64,000 nucleotides of DNA from Octopus sinensis (GCF_006345805.1 NC_043006.1:88288001-88352000), one strand, 5' to 3'; counted from the first letter of the stretch, positions 41,933 to 54,789 are shown. The notes: generated by a model not told the origin, from the sequence alone. Numbers and translations are program-made.

Positions 41933-42312
41933 TTAACACACACACACACACGCATCAATACTTGTCAGTGTTGCACTGCTTGTGTGTGTGTGTGTGTGTG
42001 TTACCATGTATATGATCATGTATTCGAAATAACGGACTGAAGTGTATACTGTATATGTGAGTTGGATACTGTCTTGTATATATGCGGTTGCCATCGGACA
42101 GCTTTGTTTGGACAGTATATACATAGACACACACACACACATATACTTGTAGATACACATATATGCATATAAATATATATATACACATACACCCACCACC
42201 ACTACTACATGCACACAGGGATGTAGATAAATGAATTTACACACCCACTCTTTCCACACATACAGAGGCACGCTTGTATGCACAAACACACAGGTTTTCA
42301 GTGGATACTCAC

Positions 42313-42369
42313 AGCCACAGCTGTAAACAGTCTGGAAAGGCACACGTGGCTGTTGGACAAGAAGACAAC
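42313..42369 (-). other. Candidate small internal exon
   Basis: Strong |GTGAGT donor (42307-42312) with nested CAG acceptors. The 57-nt form is open in all frames (phase 1: GCLLVQQPRVPFQTVYSCG). Confidence 0.3.
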
Positions 42370-42566
42370 CTGTATGGACCTGTATCTATGAGTGTGTAAG
42401 AACCACGCGTATATATGTAAGTACCATTATACACGCATATACATATATATACACATATACATATATACACACGCACGTACTGGAACATATATTTGTTATG
42501 GTTATATATATGAGTAAGCATGAATGTGTTACATATATACAATGTCGTGCTGTGTGTGTGGTGTGT

Positions 42567-42875
42567 GAGACGTGTGGCTTAGGGTTAGGGATCATGAGGT
42601 CGCTAGTTCGATACCCGACGGCGCGTTGTGTCCTCGACTAAGACGCTTTACTTCATGTGGTTCCGGTCCATTCAGCTGGCAAAAATGAGTTGTAGCCAAA
42701 TGTAAAAACGGCCAGCCTTGTCACAATATGTGCCTCGTTGAACCTCCCTGGGAACTACATTAAGGGTACGCGTGTCTATGGATTGCTCAGTCACATGCAC
42801 GTTAATTTCACGAGAGGGTTCTCCTGTTGATTATATCAACTGGAACATTTCGTCGTCGTAACCGAGAGAGTGCCA
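42567..42875 (+). mobile_element. Family C SINE, decayed
   Basis: Aligns to 20419-20700 (CAGCTGGCAAAAATGAGT; GTTAATTTCACGAG). Confidence 0.8.
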
Positions 42876-43818
42876 GTTTGGACATATATGAACATAGAGA
42901 TACGCATGCATTCATTCATATATAACTGTGGTTATGCATCAATGTGCGTGTGTGTAAGTTATGTGTGTACGCACGCGCGCGCGTTAAGAACATGTATGCA
43001 TGCGCGACTATGCCTTTCTGTGCATGAATGATAAGATACAACACTCGTATAATGGGTATGTGAGTGCTCGAACATCCATGTGTGCCTATGCAAACGTGTG
43101 CGCGCAATCATGGGTCATACATTTGCTCGTGTATATGTGTATGTATATATGTGAGATTTATATCTGTGTATATATGCAAACATTCTAGTGTGTGTCTGCA
43201 TGTGTGCGCAAAATTCTTGCTAACATGCGTCAGTGCGTTTGTATATAAACAAGCTTGTGTGTGTGTGTGTGTGTGTGTGTACGTGCGTGCATGTGCATGT
43301 AAACATGATTGTGTATTTATAAACATGATTGTGTGCGTGTAAACATGTTTGTGTATCTATAACCATGCGTGTGTGTGTTGGGCGCGTGTGTTGGGCGTGT
43401 GTGTGTGTAAACATGCTTATGTATTTATAAACATGAATGCGTGTATGTGTGTGTTTGTGTGTGTGTGTGTGTAAACATGCTTGTGTATCTACAAACATGA
43501 CTGTGTCCTTGTAAACATATGCACACACACACACACACGTGTGTATGTGTGTGTGTGTGTGTTTGCGCCTGAAGGCGAGAACGATAGTGAAAGTACTTGG
43601 ATCAGTTTGCCAGTTCGCATGGTTCTAAGGCCTTCATGTGGCTTCTCCCTAAATCATTTAAAGCAAAAAGAAGTGTTTGTTATAAATTATTTTCAAGTTT
43701 TTTTATACTCAGTTCTGTTACTGTCATTTTTTTCTATTATTTTTACTAGTTTCAGCCCGACAGCTGCGGCCATGATGGGGCACAGCTGCACGTGCGACTC
43801 GCATACACATACATATAC

Positions 43819-43888
43819 CTGTAACTCATGCTTAAATTGTATTTAACAAAGATCAGTAAAATACTTAACGAGCAATTTGAAACGGTTT
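43819..43888 (-). other. Candidate internal exon (70 nt, phase 1-2)
   Basis: TTCCTGCAG| acceptor and CAG|GTATAT donor. Only the phase-1 frame is open (ETVSNCSLSILLIFVKYNLSMSY), which is compatible with the ATG exon. Confidence 0.25.
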
Positions 43889-44289
43889 CTGCAGGAATTA
43901 CATATCTCAACTGGCCTGGACCAGCATTGCAGGGCGTGTATGTGTATATGTGTGTGCGTGTGTACATGTGTGTGTGTCTGTGTGTGTGCAAACAGAGTTT
44001 GTATGTGTATATAAGCTGTGAATCTACCTGGGATCGAATTTTGTGCAAATGCTGTAAACACAACCCTACACACACACACACATATTTATATATATATATA
44101 TATGTGTGTGTGTGTATGTGTGTACTTAGATATCCACACACATATACATACACACACACACACACACATAAATTTAGACATTTATACTCACTTTATATGT
44201 AGCTTAGTAGTTTATTAACGTGTGAGAGCATATACACACACACATACATACATACATACATACATACATACATACATACATACATACAT

Positions 44290-44326
<37 letters not shown>

Positions 44327-45084
44327 TAGACAGAGAGACAGGCGGACAGACAGACAATAATCATTCATGTTTGTATATTCCCCGGTAATACCAACGAGTT
44401 AAACATTTTTTACTACTAATATTGAAACCATGTATAGTTCAGTCTGTAGAAACACATATTAGTACATATACATCCTCATTCTTAATGCTCATATGGATAT
44501 GCTTGTGTAATCTGTTTGTGTTTAAGCATATGCACACATATGTACATACAAACATACATGTACAAAAAAAAAATATATATATATATATGTATGTATGTAT
44601 GTATGTATGCATGTATGCATGTATGTATGTATGTATGTATGCATGTATGCATGTAAGTATGTATGTATGTATGTATGTGTGTATGTATGTATGTATGTAT
44701 GTATGGATGGATGGATGGATGGATGGATGGATGGATGTTTAATGCGTTTATATACATAGAATTGTTTGTATAAACGTATGTATATATGAGAGACCACATG
44801 TTTAGATATGGAAGCAGCAGACGACAACTTCTGGCTGATTGAAAGAAAGGACTGTTTCTAAGGAGAACTGTAAGAGAGAAGGGAGAGTAAGTAGAGAGTA
44901 AGTAGAGAAAGATAAGAAAGAGAAAACACAATATAGGAAATAGAGAGAGAAGAGAAAGATAGGAGAGAGAAGGAGAGAAAAGGTGGTAGAGAAGAAAGAG
45001 AAGAGTGAGAGGAGAGGAGAGAGGGAGATGGAGAGGAGAAAAGGAGAGTTAAAGAAAGAGCGAAAAAAGCAAACGTTAACTGAT

Positions 45085-45360
45085 TTGTTATCGCTTAACC
45101 CCCGGTTAGTGTTTATTCCACAAAACTATGACCAAAGCCGTTCCAGTCGTGGCTATGTCGTCTATTCTGAGATGGTATAATTAGGCCTACATTTATGCAA
45201 TACGTTCTTTGTTTTACAGTAGAGTGGTATAGTTTGAAAGAGAGAGATTTCGTTGTTGTGTCTAGCAAGCTGAGCGACCATGTTGAGGCTCCTATGTTGG
45301 CTCCTTTATTGTTTATCTGGGAGAGATTTGGTCGCTATATCTAGCTTGTCGAATGGTCAC
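45085..45360 (+). repeat. Dispersed repeat family D (related copies ~23860-24030, ~36590-36780, ~48335-48560)
   Basis: Shared motifs TTAACCCC, TTCCAGCCGTGACCATCCC and GATTTGG.TGCTAT.TCTAGCAAG..GAGCGA. Confidence 0.6.
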
Positions 45361-45649
45361 ATAGAGGCTATACCATTGTGTGTACTATAAATGTCATCAA
45401 AATATTTATTTCGACGTGTATTTGTGCGGTGGAGAGTTTGTAAAGTTGCGTCTGGTACGTCAGGTTTGTTTATAGAAGTCGCCTGTATCCATGTTTGAAT
45501 GTTTATGTTCCAGGGTGTATGTGAGTGTATACGTCCATATGTATATGTTTGTAGGTTTCTGTATGTATGAACGTTCATATAAGCATGTATATTTACATAC
45601 ATATATATATACTGTTGGGTTCTGTTAGATCAGTGAATATATTACATAC

Positions 45650-45715
<66 letters not shown>

Positions 45716-45745
45716 TATATTATATATATGTATGTTACATATGTA

Positions 45746-45811
<66 letters not shown>

Positions 45812-45875
45812 ATATATATAATATATATATATGTATATATATATATATATGTATATATATATGTGTGTGTATATG

Positions 45876-45909
<34 letters not shown>

Positions 45910-46080
45910 ATATATTTCACTGATCTAACAGAACCCTAACAGATAGCCGAAAATTGCTAAGATGATCTGGTTCTTGACTGATGACTGAGGGCTTCGAATG
46001 TCCCGTCCTGTGGTTCTTGTGTCGTCTCTGTGGTGTTTCACGTTCTTGTCCATGTCTGTAATTAATTTTACTGTTTACCT

Positions 46081-46125
<45 letters not shown>

Positions 46126-46127
<2 letters not shown>

Positions 46128-46240
46128 CACCGTGACCGACCAGGCTATAAGATGTTGCTACACATCGCTGGTCACAATGCGCTTCGCATTGTTTTAGCCT
46201 TCAAATGACGCCACCCCGCTGGCTAAGCGAGCAGGCCAAT
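46126..46240 (-). repeat. 115-bp CpG-rich element embedded in (TA)n, copy 2
   Basis: See copy 1. Confidence 0.85.
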
Positions 46241-46383
46241 ACATATATATATATATATATATCGTGTTTATGTATAAACATATGTGTATGTATATGTGGT
46301 GTGTGTATATGTATAAATGTGTGTGTTTGTGTTTGTATGTGTGTGTGTGTGTGTGTGTATTTGTGTGTGTGTGTGTGTGTATT

Positions 46384-46440
<57 letters not shown>

Positions 46441-47191
46441 TGTGTGCATACACATGTTTCGACTTCTCGGTGAACGAAACGTTTCGAAAGAGTGCAAAAT
46501 ATATAATATTTATGGCGGAAAAAAAATTGAAAGTGATGGAGATATATGGAGAGCAAGAAAGAAAGAAAGGATCGAGGAATGAAGAAGAATAAAAGAAAGA
46601 ATAAGAGGAAGTGAATAAAAGAAATAAACGAAATAAATGAATAGGAGAGAGAATGAACGGCAGCAATATTGTTTAGGTAAAAGTTTTGATGAAGATTTTG
46701 TATAAAAGAAAGATTTGAAGGAAAGATATGAAAGAAGTAGAGAGAGATTTGAATGAAAAATAGAAACATTTGAAAGAATATTTGAAAGAGTATTTGAAAT
46801 AAGAAAAAAACTTGAATGAGGGTGAAATATTCAAATGTGAATGAGAGATATTTTGAAAGAAAGAAGGATTTATAATAGAGAGATGAGTTAGAGATAGGTT
46901 TAAAGGAGGAGAAATACTGGGAAGAAGTAGAGAAAGATTGTAAAGAAAACGAGAAAGAATGAAAGAGGAATATATTCGTTTCTTTAATTTCTCTTTAATG
47001 ATTTTATTTTATTTTTTAAATACAAAAACTCATCAACGGAATGAAAACAAACAAATACATAAAAGAGAGCGAGAAACAACGACAGACCGGCAATAGTGAC
47101 AATGCCGTTGTTGTTTATATTTACGAAGCCTTTGATGTGTCATCGTGGAAAAATAGAATGAAATAATTGTTGGAAGAATAAAAATACTTAC

Positions 47192-47231
47192 CTGGCAGGA
47201 AAGACGCTTCTTCCACTTCGTTATCCGACAT
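47192..47231 (-). CDS. Probable first coding exon of an unidentified minus-strand gene: MSDNEVEEASFLP + phase-1 G
   Basis: TTCACCATG start context, 13 sense codons and a CCAG|GTAAGT donor. The upstream acceptor CCATCAG| defines an exon of 47192-47281 with in-frame stops before the ATG; the other two frames are closed. Confidence 0.55.
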
Positions 47232-47284
47232 GGTGAACAATTTTAGTCACAGTAATATAAACGACCGTTGTCACTATTTCGCTG

Positions 47285-48250
47285 ATGGTAATAGTAATGA
47301 TGATGATTATGATGACGACGACGACGATGATGATGATGATGATGATAGGTAATGGCAGCGGTGGTAGGAGTGTTATGGAGAGGAGATGTAATTATAGTGA
47401 CAGTGATAGGAGAGGTATACTCGTGGTGGTGACAGTTGGTGGTGGTGGTGGTGAGCAACTTAAAGTGGTGGAGGTGGAAGTAGTAGTGATAAGGTGGGGG
47501 TGTTGTTGCAGTGATATTGGTAGTAGTGGTGGTGACGGTGGTGTAGCGCTTGCTATAATAGTGGTGGCGGTGAGGAACTACTCATGGTGGGGGTAAGTGG
47601 TGCTGATAGTGATGAAGGAGTTGTTGCAGTGATATTAGTGTTGATGGCGCTGGTGTAGTGTTTGTTATAGTAGTGGTGGGGGAACTTCTTTGTGGTAGAA
47701 GTGGTGTTAATAGTTACATGGGTTATTGCAGTGACGGTGGTGGTGAGGGTTTTTGTTGTTGCTTTTGTTGTAATGGTGTGGTGGCTGTGACAGTGTTTGT
47801 GTTGAGGTTATTGTAATAATGGTGTTGACGGGGATGTTATTTTGATAGTGACAGAGTTAACAGTAGTGATGATAAGAGCTTTTTGTTGTGATGGTTGTGG
47901 TGGTATGTGAGAGAAGTTATACGGATGTATGTTGAATATAGTTGTTATTATGTTTGCTGTAGTTGTTGCTGAAGCTGTTGTTATGCTGCTGTAAGTTATT
48001 ATTATGCAGCTGCACTTGTTGTTATTGCAGTTCTCGTGTTGTTATAGTTGTTGCATTAGTGTTGTTCGTGTTGGTGTTGTTGCGTCGGTGTAGTTGTTTT
48101 GCTGTTGTCGTTGTTGTTTTGTTACTGTAGTAGTTGATATATTGCTGTTTATTGCAGTTATGTTTGTAGTTGTTGTTGTTGATGTTATTACTGTTGTTAT
48201 AGACTCTATTATGTATAGTGTCGTTTGCAGACGATAAGCTAAATATTTGA
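47285..48250. repeat. Cryptic trinucleotide low-complexity tract (GAT/GTG/GTT-rich)
   Basis: Directly visible degenerate triplet repeats. Confidence 0.9.
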
Positions 48251-48849
48251 AGAAATTGTGAATTGTAAGCTAAATATTTGAATGAAATTGTGAAGTTACG
48301 ATGGTTGTAGCAGTGGTGTTAATTAAAACGCTAACTGTTGTTGTTTAACCCCAGTTTATCTCTGGTTGAGTGGACCTATTATCGAAAACATTCCAGCCGT
48401 GACCATCCCATCTTTATATTTTAGACACGCTATTGAATACTACTACATTATCTAGTGAAACCCTGTTTCTAAGAAGGAAGAATGTGATTTGGGGAAGATT
48501 TAACTACTATTTCTGGAAGGTCGAGCGATCGCATAGACGCTTCCTCGTTGGCTCGAGAGGGTAGCCGCTAAAGATGTGTGGTCTGGTTAATGGTATAGTT
48601 ATAGTATTACTAACGGGATAGAGATAGTATTGGTAGGTTGGGTAGTGGTGGTGGTGGTGATGATGTGAGGATGATCGCGATGATGATGTTGACGGTGGTG
48701 ATGGTTGTGCTATCCTTCGGTTGAAATTGAAGTAAAGGTATCCATGGTGACAGTGATGGTGATTCTAAGAAGAACTGTAGTCATAAGAGAGTGAGATTAG
48801 TGGTTGAAGTGTGATGACGATCCTACGAGAAGTAGTTTTAGTTGTTTTA

Positions 48850-49613
48850 AAAGTCGGAGCAAGGAGATGATTTAGTTATGGAACTATACGTCTGTCCTGA
48901 TTGGTTAATGGTGGTGGTTAACTGAATATAAGTGCGGTTGGTTGGTGGGGGTAATACGGATGGAGGAAAGATGTGTAAGAGACAGGGGAAGAAAAATGTT
49001 GAATGAGATGGTATATAGTTGGATGAGAAGAAAGAAGTGGAGAAGAGGAAGAGAAAAAGCAGAAATGAAGGGAGAGCCAGAGGAGAGAAAGGAAGAGGAA
49101 GTGAAGGTGGGGGAAATGGAATAAATAGAAAGAACTGAGAGAACAGTAAGAGGAAAAGCGGGAGGGAGAAAGAAAGTTGATTAAAAAGAAGCAGCGAGAT
49201 AGGAGGGGGAGAAAGGAAAGGAATCACATAAAGGAGTGGGGAAGAAAAGGAGAGAAGGGAGAGAAAGACAGAGAGAGGGGGAGAAAGAAATGAGGGAAAG
49301 AAGATAAGGAAGGATGGAGAGAAAAACAAAAAGCGAAATAAAGGATGGAAAGAAAAGGAAGGAAGAAAGAGAGGAGAGATTGTAAGGGGGATATATAAAG
49401 AAAAGGGAAAGCGAAACGAAAAAGGAAAAAGTAGAAAATGAGAGAGAGAAATTTGAAAAAAAGGGTTATGACTGAGAAGGAGTGAGGAAGAGAAAGTGTG
49501 AGAGAGTAAGTAACAAAAGAAAGAGAAAAGAAGGGAGAGACAATTAAAAAGGGAGGAGCTTGTGGGGATTATAAGTGGAGAATGACAGAATGATGTGTGT
49601 GTGTATGTGTGAG

Positions 49614-49654
<41 letters not shown>

Positions 49655-49720
49655 GTGACGTAGGAGAAAGAGCGATGGAGGAAGAAAAGATACGAGCTAC
49701 AAAAACTTGAGAAAGAAAGC
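48850..49720. repeat. Purine-skewed (GA-rich) low-complexity tract
   Basis: Almost all A/G on the plus strand. This explains the 328-aa F/L/S-rich minus-strand ORF. Confidence 0.9.
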
Positions 49721-49844
49721 GTGTAGAAACGACTGCATTTGTTGTGATAAAATAAAAATAACACACGATCTTGACAAACGAGAAAGATGACCAACAGCAG
49801 TAACAGCAGATTAAAATGTTTTTGAAACTGCAATTAGGTTCAAC

Positions 49845-49902
49845 CTTTCATTTTGGGGTTCAAGTTTTAAGTTAGCCTTCTCAACTCTGCCATCATCTTT
49901 AC
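49845..49902 (-). other. Candidate 5'-UTR exon of the minus-strand gene
   Basis: TTTTCTTATTTTTTCATAG| acceptor and AAG|GTTGAA donor. A second strong acceptor (TTTCCCTTTATCCGTATCCTCTTTCAG|) lies at 50157. Confidence 0.25.
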
Positions 49903-50014
49903 CTATGAAAAAATAAGAAAAATACCGCAGGGTTGATTCAACCGACTGTTAACTTCCTCGACAGGAAATAAATTGGTCGTGTGCCTAGATATAAGGAATC
50001 AATACAAACAGACA

Positions 50015-50079
<65 letters not shown>

Positions 50080-50554
50080 ACAACGACAGTAATAATAATA
50101 ATAGTAACTACTACTACTACGACTACAATGCTTGCCGGTGACTCGCTTTTCTTCCGTCTGAAAGAGGATACGGATAAAGGGAAATCTGAAGGAGGTAGCC
50201 AGTGTGAACGATTAGCCAACAATAGTGACCACGCCGATAATAAATGATGAATACGACGACAACAACGAAGATGACTGACGACGATAAGAGGAACGGGGAA
50301 TTTGTAATAGCTGCAATACCTACAGCAACAACTGCAGCAGAAATGATCAACAGTTGTTGCAATAAACCGAGATCGGCTCTAAGGAAAGTTCTGTTTAGTT
50401 ACACAACTATGTTGACAGTGCTCACATACATACATATACATACATGCATGCATGCGTACATACATGCATATATACATACATACATACATACATACATACA
50501 TACATACATACATACATACATACATTCATGCATACATACATACATACATACATA

Positions 50555-50680
50555 CCAGGGGTGGACCTAAGAGGGGGGTCGTGAGGGGTGCATGCCCCCT
50601 CAAGAAACGAAGTGCGCGCTTCTAAATAATGTTATTACGCCCTTTTCTCCTGGAATTGTATTCCCTTCTGACCGGCCCTG
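50555..50680. mobile_element. Small MITE-like insertion within a (CATA)n array
   Basis: The GC-rich ends CAGGGGTGGACC and GACCGGCCCTG are imperfect inverted repeats. CATACATA lies on both sides, a possible 8-bp hAT-type TSD that is ambiguous inside a repeat. Confidence 0.35.
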
Positions 50681-50746
50681 CATACATACATACATACATA
50701 CATATAGACATACATACATATAGACATACATACATACATACATATA

Positions 50747-50778
<32 letters not shown>

Positions 50779-50794
50779 GACATACATACATACA

Positions 50795-50826
<32 letters not shown>

Positions 50827-50954
50827 GACATACATTCGTACATACATACATACATACATACATACATACATACATACATACATACATACATACATTCATA
50901 CAAATATAGCCACGGACATTCAAACACAATCATACACACACATGTATTTTCGTT

Positions 50955-51176
50955 TTCCTGTTTAAATCATTAGACTGCGGTCATGCTGGGGCACTGGGTT
51001 GAAAAATTTGAGTCGTATGGATCGCCCCAACTACTTTTTTTTTGTACAGGCTGGTACTTATTTCATGGGTCTCTTTTGCCGAACCGCAAGCATACGGGGA
51101 CGTAAACTCAGCAACACTGATTGTCAAGCGGTGGTGGGGGTGACAAACATATACACAAAGTCACACACACACATAC

Positions 51177-51231
<55 letters not shown>

Positions 51232-51366
51232 GGGCTTCTTTTAGTTTCCGTCCACGAAGCCCTCTTACTGTATCCCGCGGATATAGTAAAAGGTGTCACG
51301 CAGTGGGACTGAACTCGGAATCATGTGCTCTGGAAGCAAACTTCTTACCACAGAGCCACGCCTGCG
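50955..51366 (-). mobile_element. Family A SINE
   Basis: Reverse-complement A head (GTCACGCAGTGGGACTGAACTCGG) and tail. Confidence 0.8.
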
Positions 51367-51399
51367 TTTATACATTCACACAAATACACATAGGTTCAT

Positions 51400-52328
51400 T
51401 CATACACACATTCATGCACGCATGCATGCATACATACAAACATACATACATATATGCATGCATACATACATACATACATACATACATGCATACATACATA
51501 CATACATGCATACATACATGCATACATACATACGTATATGCATACATACATACATGCATACATACATACATACATACATGCATACATACAAACATACATG
51601 CATACATACATGCATACATACATACGTATATACATACATACATGCATACATACATACATGCATACATACATACATACATACATACATACATACATACATG
51701 CATACATGCATACATGCATACATACATACATACATATATACATGCATACATTCATGCATACATACATACATGCATACATACATACATACATGCATACATA
51801 CATACATGCATACATACATGCATACATATATACATGCATACATATATACATGCATACATACATACATACATACATACATGCATACATACATGCATACATA
51901 CATACGTATATACATACATACATGCATACATACATACATACATGCATACATACATACATACATGCATACATACATACATGCATACATACATACATGCATA
52001 CATACATGCATACATACATACATACATACATACATACATGCATACATACATGCATACATATATACATGCATACATATATACATGCATACATACATACATA
52101 CATGCATACATACATACATGCATACATACATACGTATATACATACATACATGCATACATACATACATTCATACATGCATACATACATACATACATACATA
52201 CATACATACATACATGCATACATTCATGCATACATACATACATACATACATACATACATGCATACATACATGCATACATACATGCATACATATATACATT
52301 CATACATATATACATGCATACATACATG

Positions 52329-52360
<32 letters not shown>

Positions 52361-53000
52361 CATACATGCATACATACATACATGCATACATACATACATG
52401 CATACATACATACATACATACATACATACATGCATGCATACATACATACATGCATACATACATGCATACATATATACATTCATACATATATACATGCATG
52501 CATACATACATGCATACATACATACATACATACATACATACATGCATACATGCATACATACATACATACATACATATATACATGCATACATACATGCATA
52601 CATACATACATACATACATACATACATGCATACATACATACATACATACATGCATGCATACATACATACATACATACATACATACATGCATACATACATG
52701 CATACATACATACATACATACATACATACATGCATACATACATGCATACATACATACATACATGCATACATACATACATACATACATGCATGCATACATA
52801 CATACATGCATACATACATACATACATACATGCATACATACATGCATACATACATACATACATACATACATGTATACATGCATACATACATACATACATA
52901 CATACATACATGCATACATACATGCATACATACGTACATACATACATACATATATATATACATACATACGTACATACATACATACATATATACATACGTA
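51400..53000. repeat. ~1.6-kb CATA/CATG tetranucleotide array
   Basis: Directly visible. It lacks stop codons in all frames and so produces the 594-631-aa H/T/Y/I ORFs. Confidence 0.97.
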
Positions 53001-53735
53001 CATACATACGTATGTATTTTATATATTTTTATTTGTTTCAGTCAGTGGATTGTAGTCATGGTGGTTTACTGCCTTGAGTTTGGTCGGGCAAAGCTATCCG
53101 AGTACATTTTTACTGTTTAAAGTTTGGTACTTATTTTATCGGCGGTGTCTGGCGAAACGAGAATTATTCGCGCGCTACCTTCACACCCGTCTACAATATG
53201 TACACACACTCACAGACATATACATACACATATTTGTGTGCGTGCACACACACACGTGCGCGCGCGCGCACACAACACACACACACACGCACGCACACAT
53301 ACACACACACACACACACATACACACACATATATAAATGCATGCATGTCATTGTTCAGTTTTATTTGAAGATTTCTTACCAATAGAGAAAGAGTCGGTTT
53401 CTAACCCAGATCCAAGGCTCCTTCATTGGAATTTCAGCATCAACAACAGGGTATTATTGTTTGTATGTATGTATGTATGTATGTATGTATGTATGTATGT
53501 ATGTATGTATGTAGGATGCATGTATGCATGTATTATGTATGTATGTATATATGTTTGTTTGTATGTATATTTGCATGTATGTATGTATGTGTGTATGTAT
53601 TTATGTATGTATGTATTTATGTATATATATATGTATGTTTGTATGTATGTATTTATGTATATATGTATATATGTATGTATGTATGTATGTATGTGGGCAG
53701 GTTTATGTTTTGTTTTATGTATTCTCATATATATA

Positions 53736-54620
53736 CGTAGTCTGATCAATAAGTATCCGGACTATTGCCATAGTAACGAAGCTAAAGCACGCAGAATGAA
53801 GCCGCTCGGCACAGATTGACCTTAAACTCTGCTCACTAAGTTTTAACGTCCTAGCTCACTTCCACCGTTTACAGCAGCGCTTGGGAGGAAGCTGTGTTGC
53901 GTGTGATCGTCGCAATGAACATGACAGAGAAAGTCTAGCGGAGAATTTGCATCAAATTTTGCCAAAAGTTTGGTGATACCTGCTCAGAGACCCACGCAAG
54001 GTTTTCAAAAAGACTTCATCGTTCTCCACACAATCAAGGAGATTTTATGCAACTGAAACCCGAGCGTCCTTTTGGTCAACTGAAAGTAGTTTTGACACAA
54101 ACTGGCAGACACGTGTCTCATTACTCAATCTTCAGTGATAACAGACTGAACTGAACTGAACCGTAACTAATCTGTACATCTTCTGATAACCTCTGGACGG
54201 GGAATCGACGATTTCGCTTCATAGCTGGATGCACATCTACGATGTTTATCTCAGTTCTGCTGGTTGCGGGTCTCCCAGAACGTTCGTCAATGTCGACATT
54301 TTTCAGCCATCCTGGAAATGGCTGAATCACTCGTACACTTATGTCCGACTCATACACTCCTCTCCATACTCTTTCTACAACTTTCTACAACTGCGTAGGC
54401 CTCTGAGCAGGCACCGCCATAGCAACTTTCTCTGCCATGGTCAATGCGACTATCACACGCTACACACCTTCCAAGCGCTACTTTAAACAGAAAAAGTGAG
54501 CTACAACGTTAAAACTGAGTGCACATGCACAACAGAGGTCAAGGTGCATAGCGGTTTTAATCTGCGTACTTTAGCTTCGTTATTATGGCAACAGTCCGGA
54601 TACTTATTGATCAGACCTTG
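53736..54620. mobile_element. Fold-back mariner derivative made of two head-to-head 5' ends
   Basis: TA-flanked TIRs GTCTGATCAATAAGTATCCGGACT / AGTCCGGATACTTATTGATCAGAC. The plus strand carries MTEKV*RRICIKFCQKFGDTCSETH (~53920-54010). The minus strand carries a longer N-terminal remnant (DIDERSGRPATSRT; MRHVSASFVSKLLS). Confidence 0.88.
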
Positions 54621-54789
54621 TAGTTGCATATTTGGACATGCTCATATATATTTAAATGATAAACTTCTGGAAAGTTTTACAGATTTTTACAGTTCCAGTG
54701 ATGGATTGGATTTGTAGTCTTCGAATTAGCTTTCACCTTTCTGGTTTTGAGTCGCTTAATTTCTCAAGTTATGTATGTATGCATGTATG

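Noticed and set aside
44790-44870. Strong-looking minus-strand acceptor with an open phase-1 frame
   Set aside because: The pyrimidine tract is simply the adjacent GA repeat, and there is no credible donor.
45943-46005. CCGAAA followed by CTGATGA, a possible type-II hammerhead
   Set aside because: Stems I and III could not be formed by hand.
48847-49833. 328-aa hydrophobic minus-strand ORF resembling a membrane protein
   Set aside because: It is the complement of a GA-rich low-complexity tract. The F/L/S/P composition follows from the base bias.
51225-53120. 631-, 594- and 533-aa ORFs and their antisense partners
   Set aside because: They are translations of the CATA/CATG array, which cannot contain stops. 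They are not evidence of a gene.
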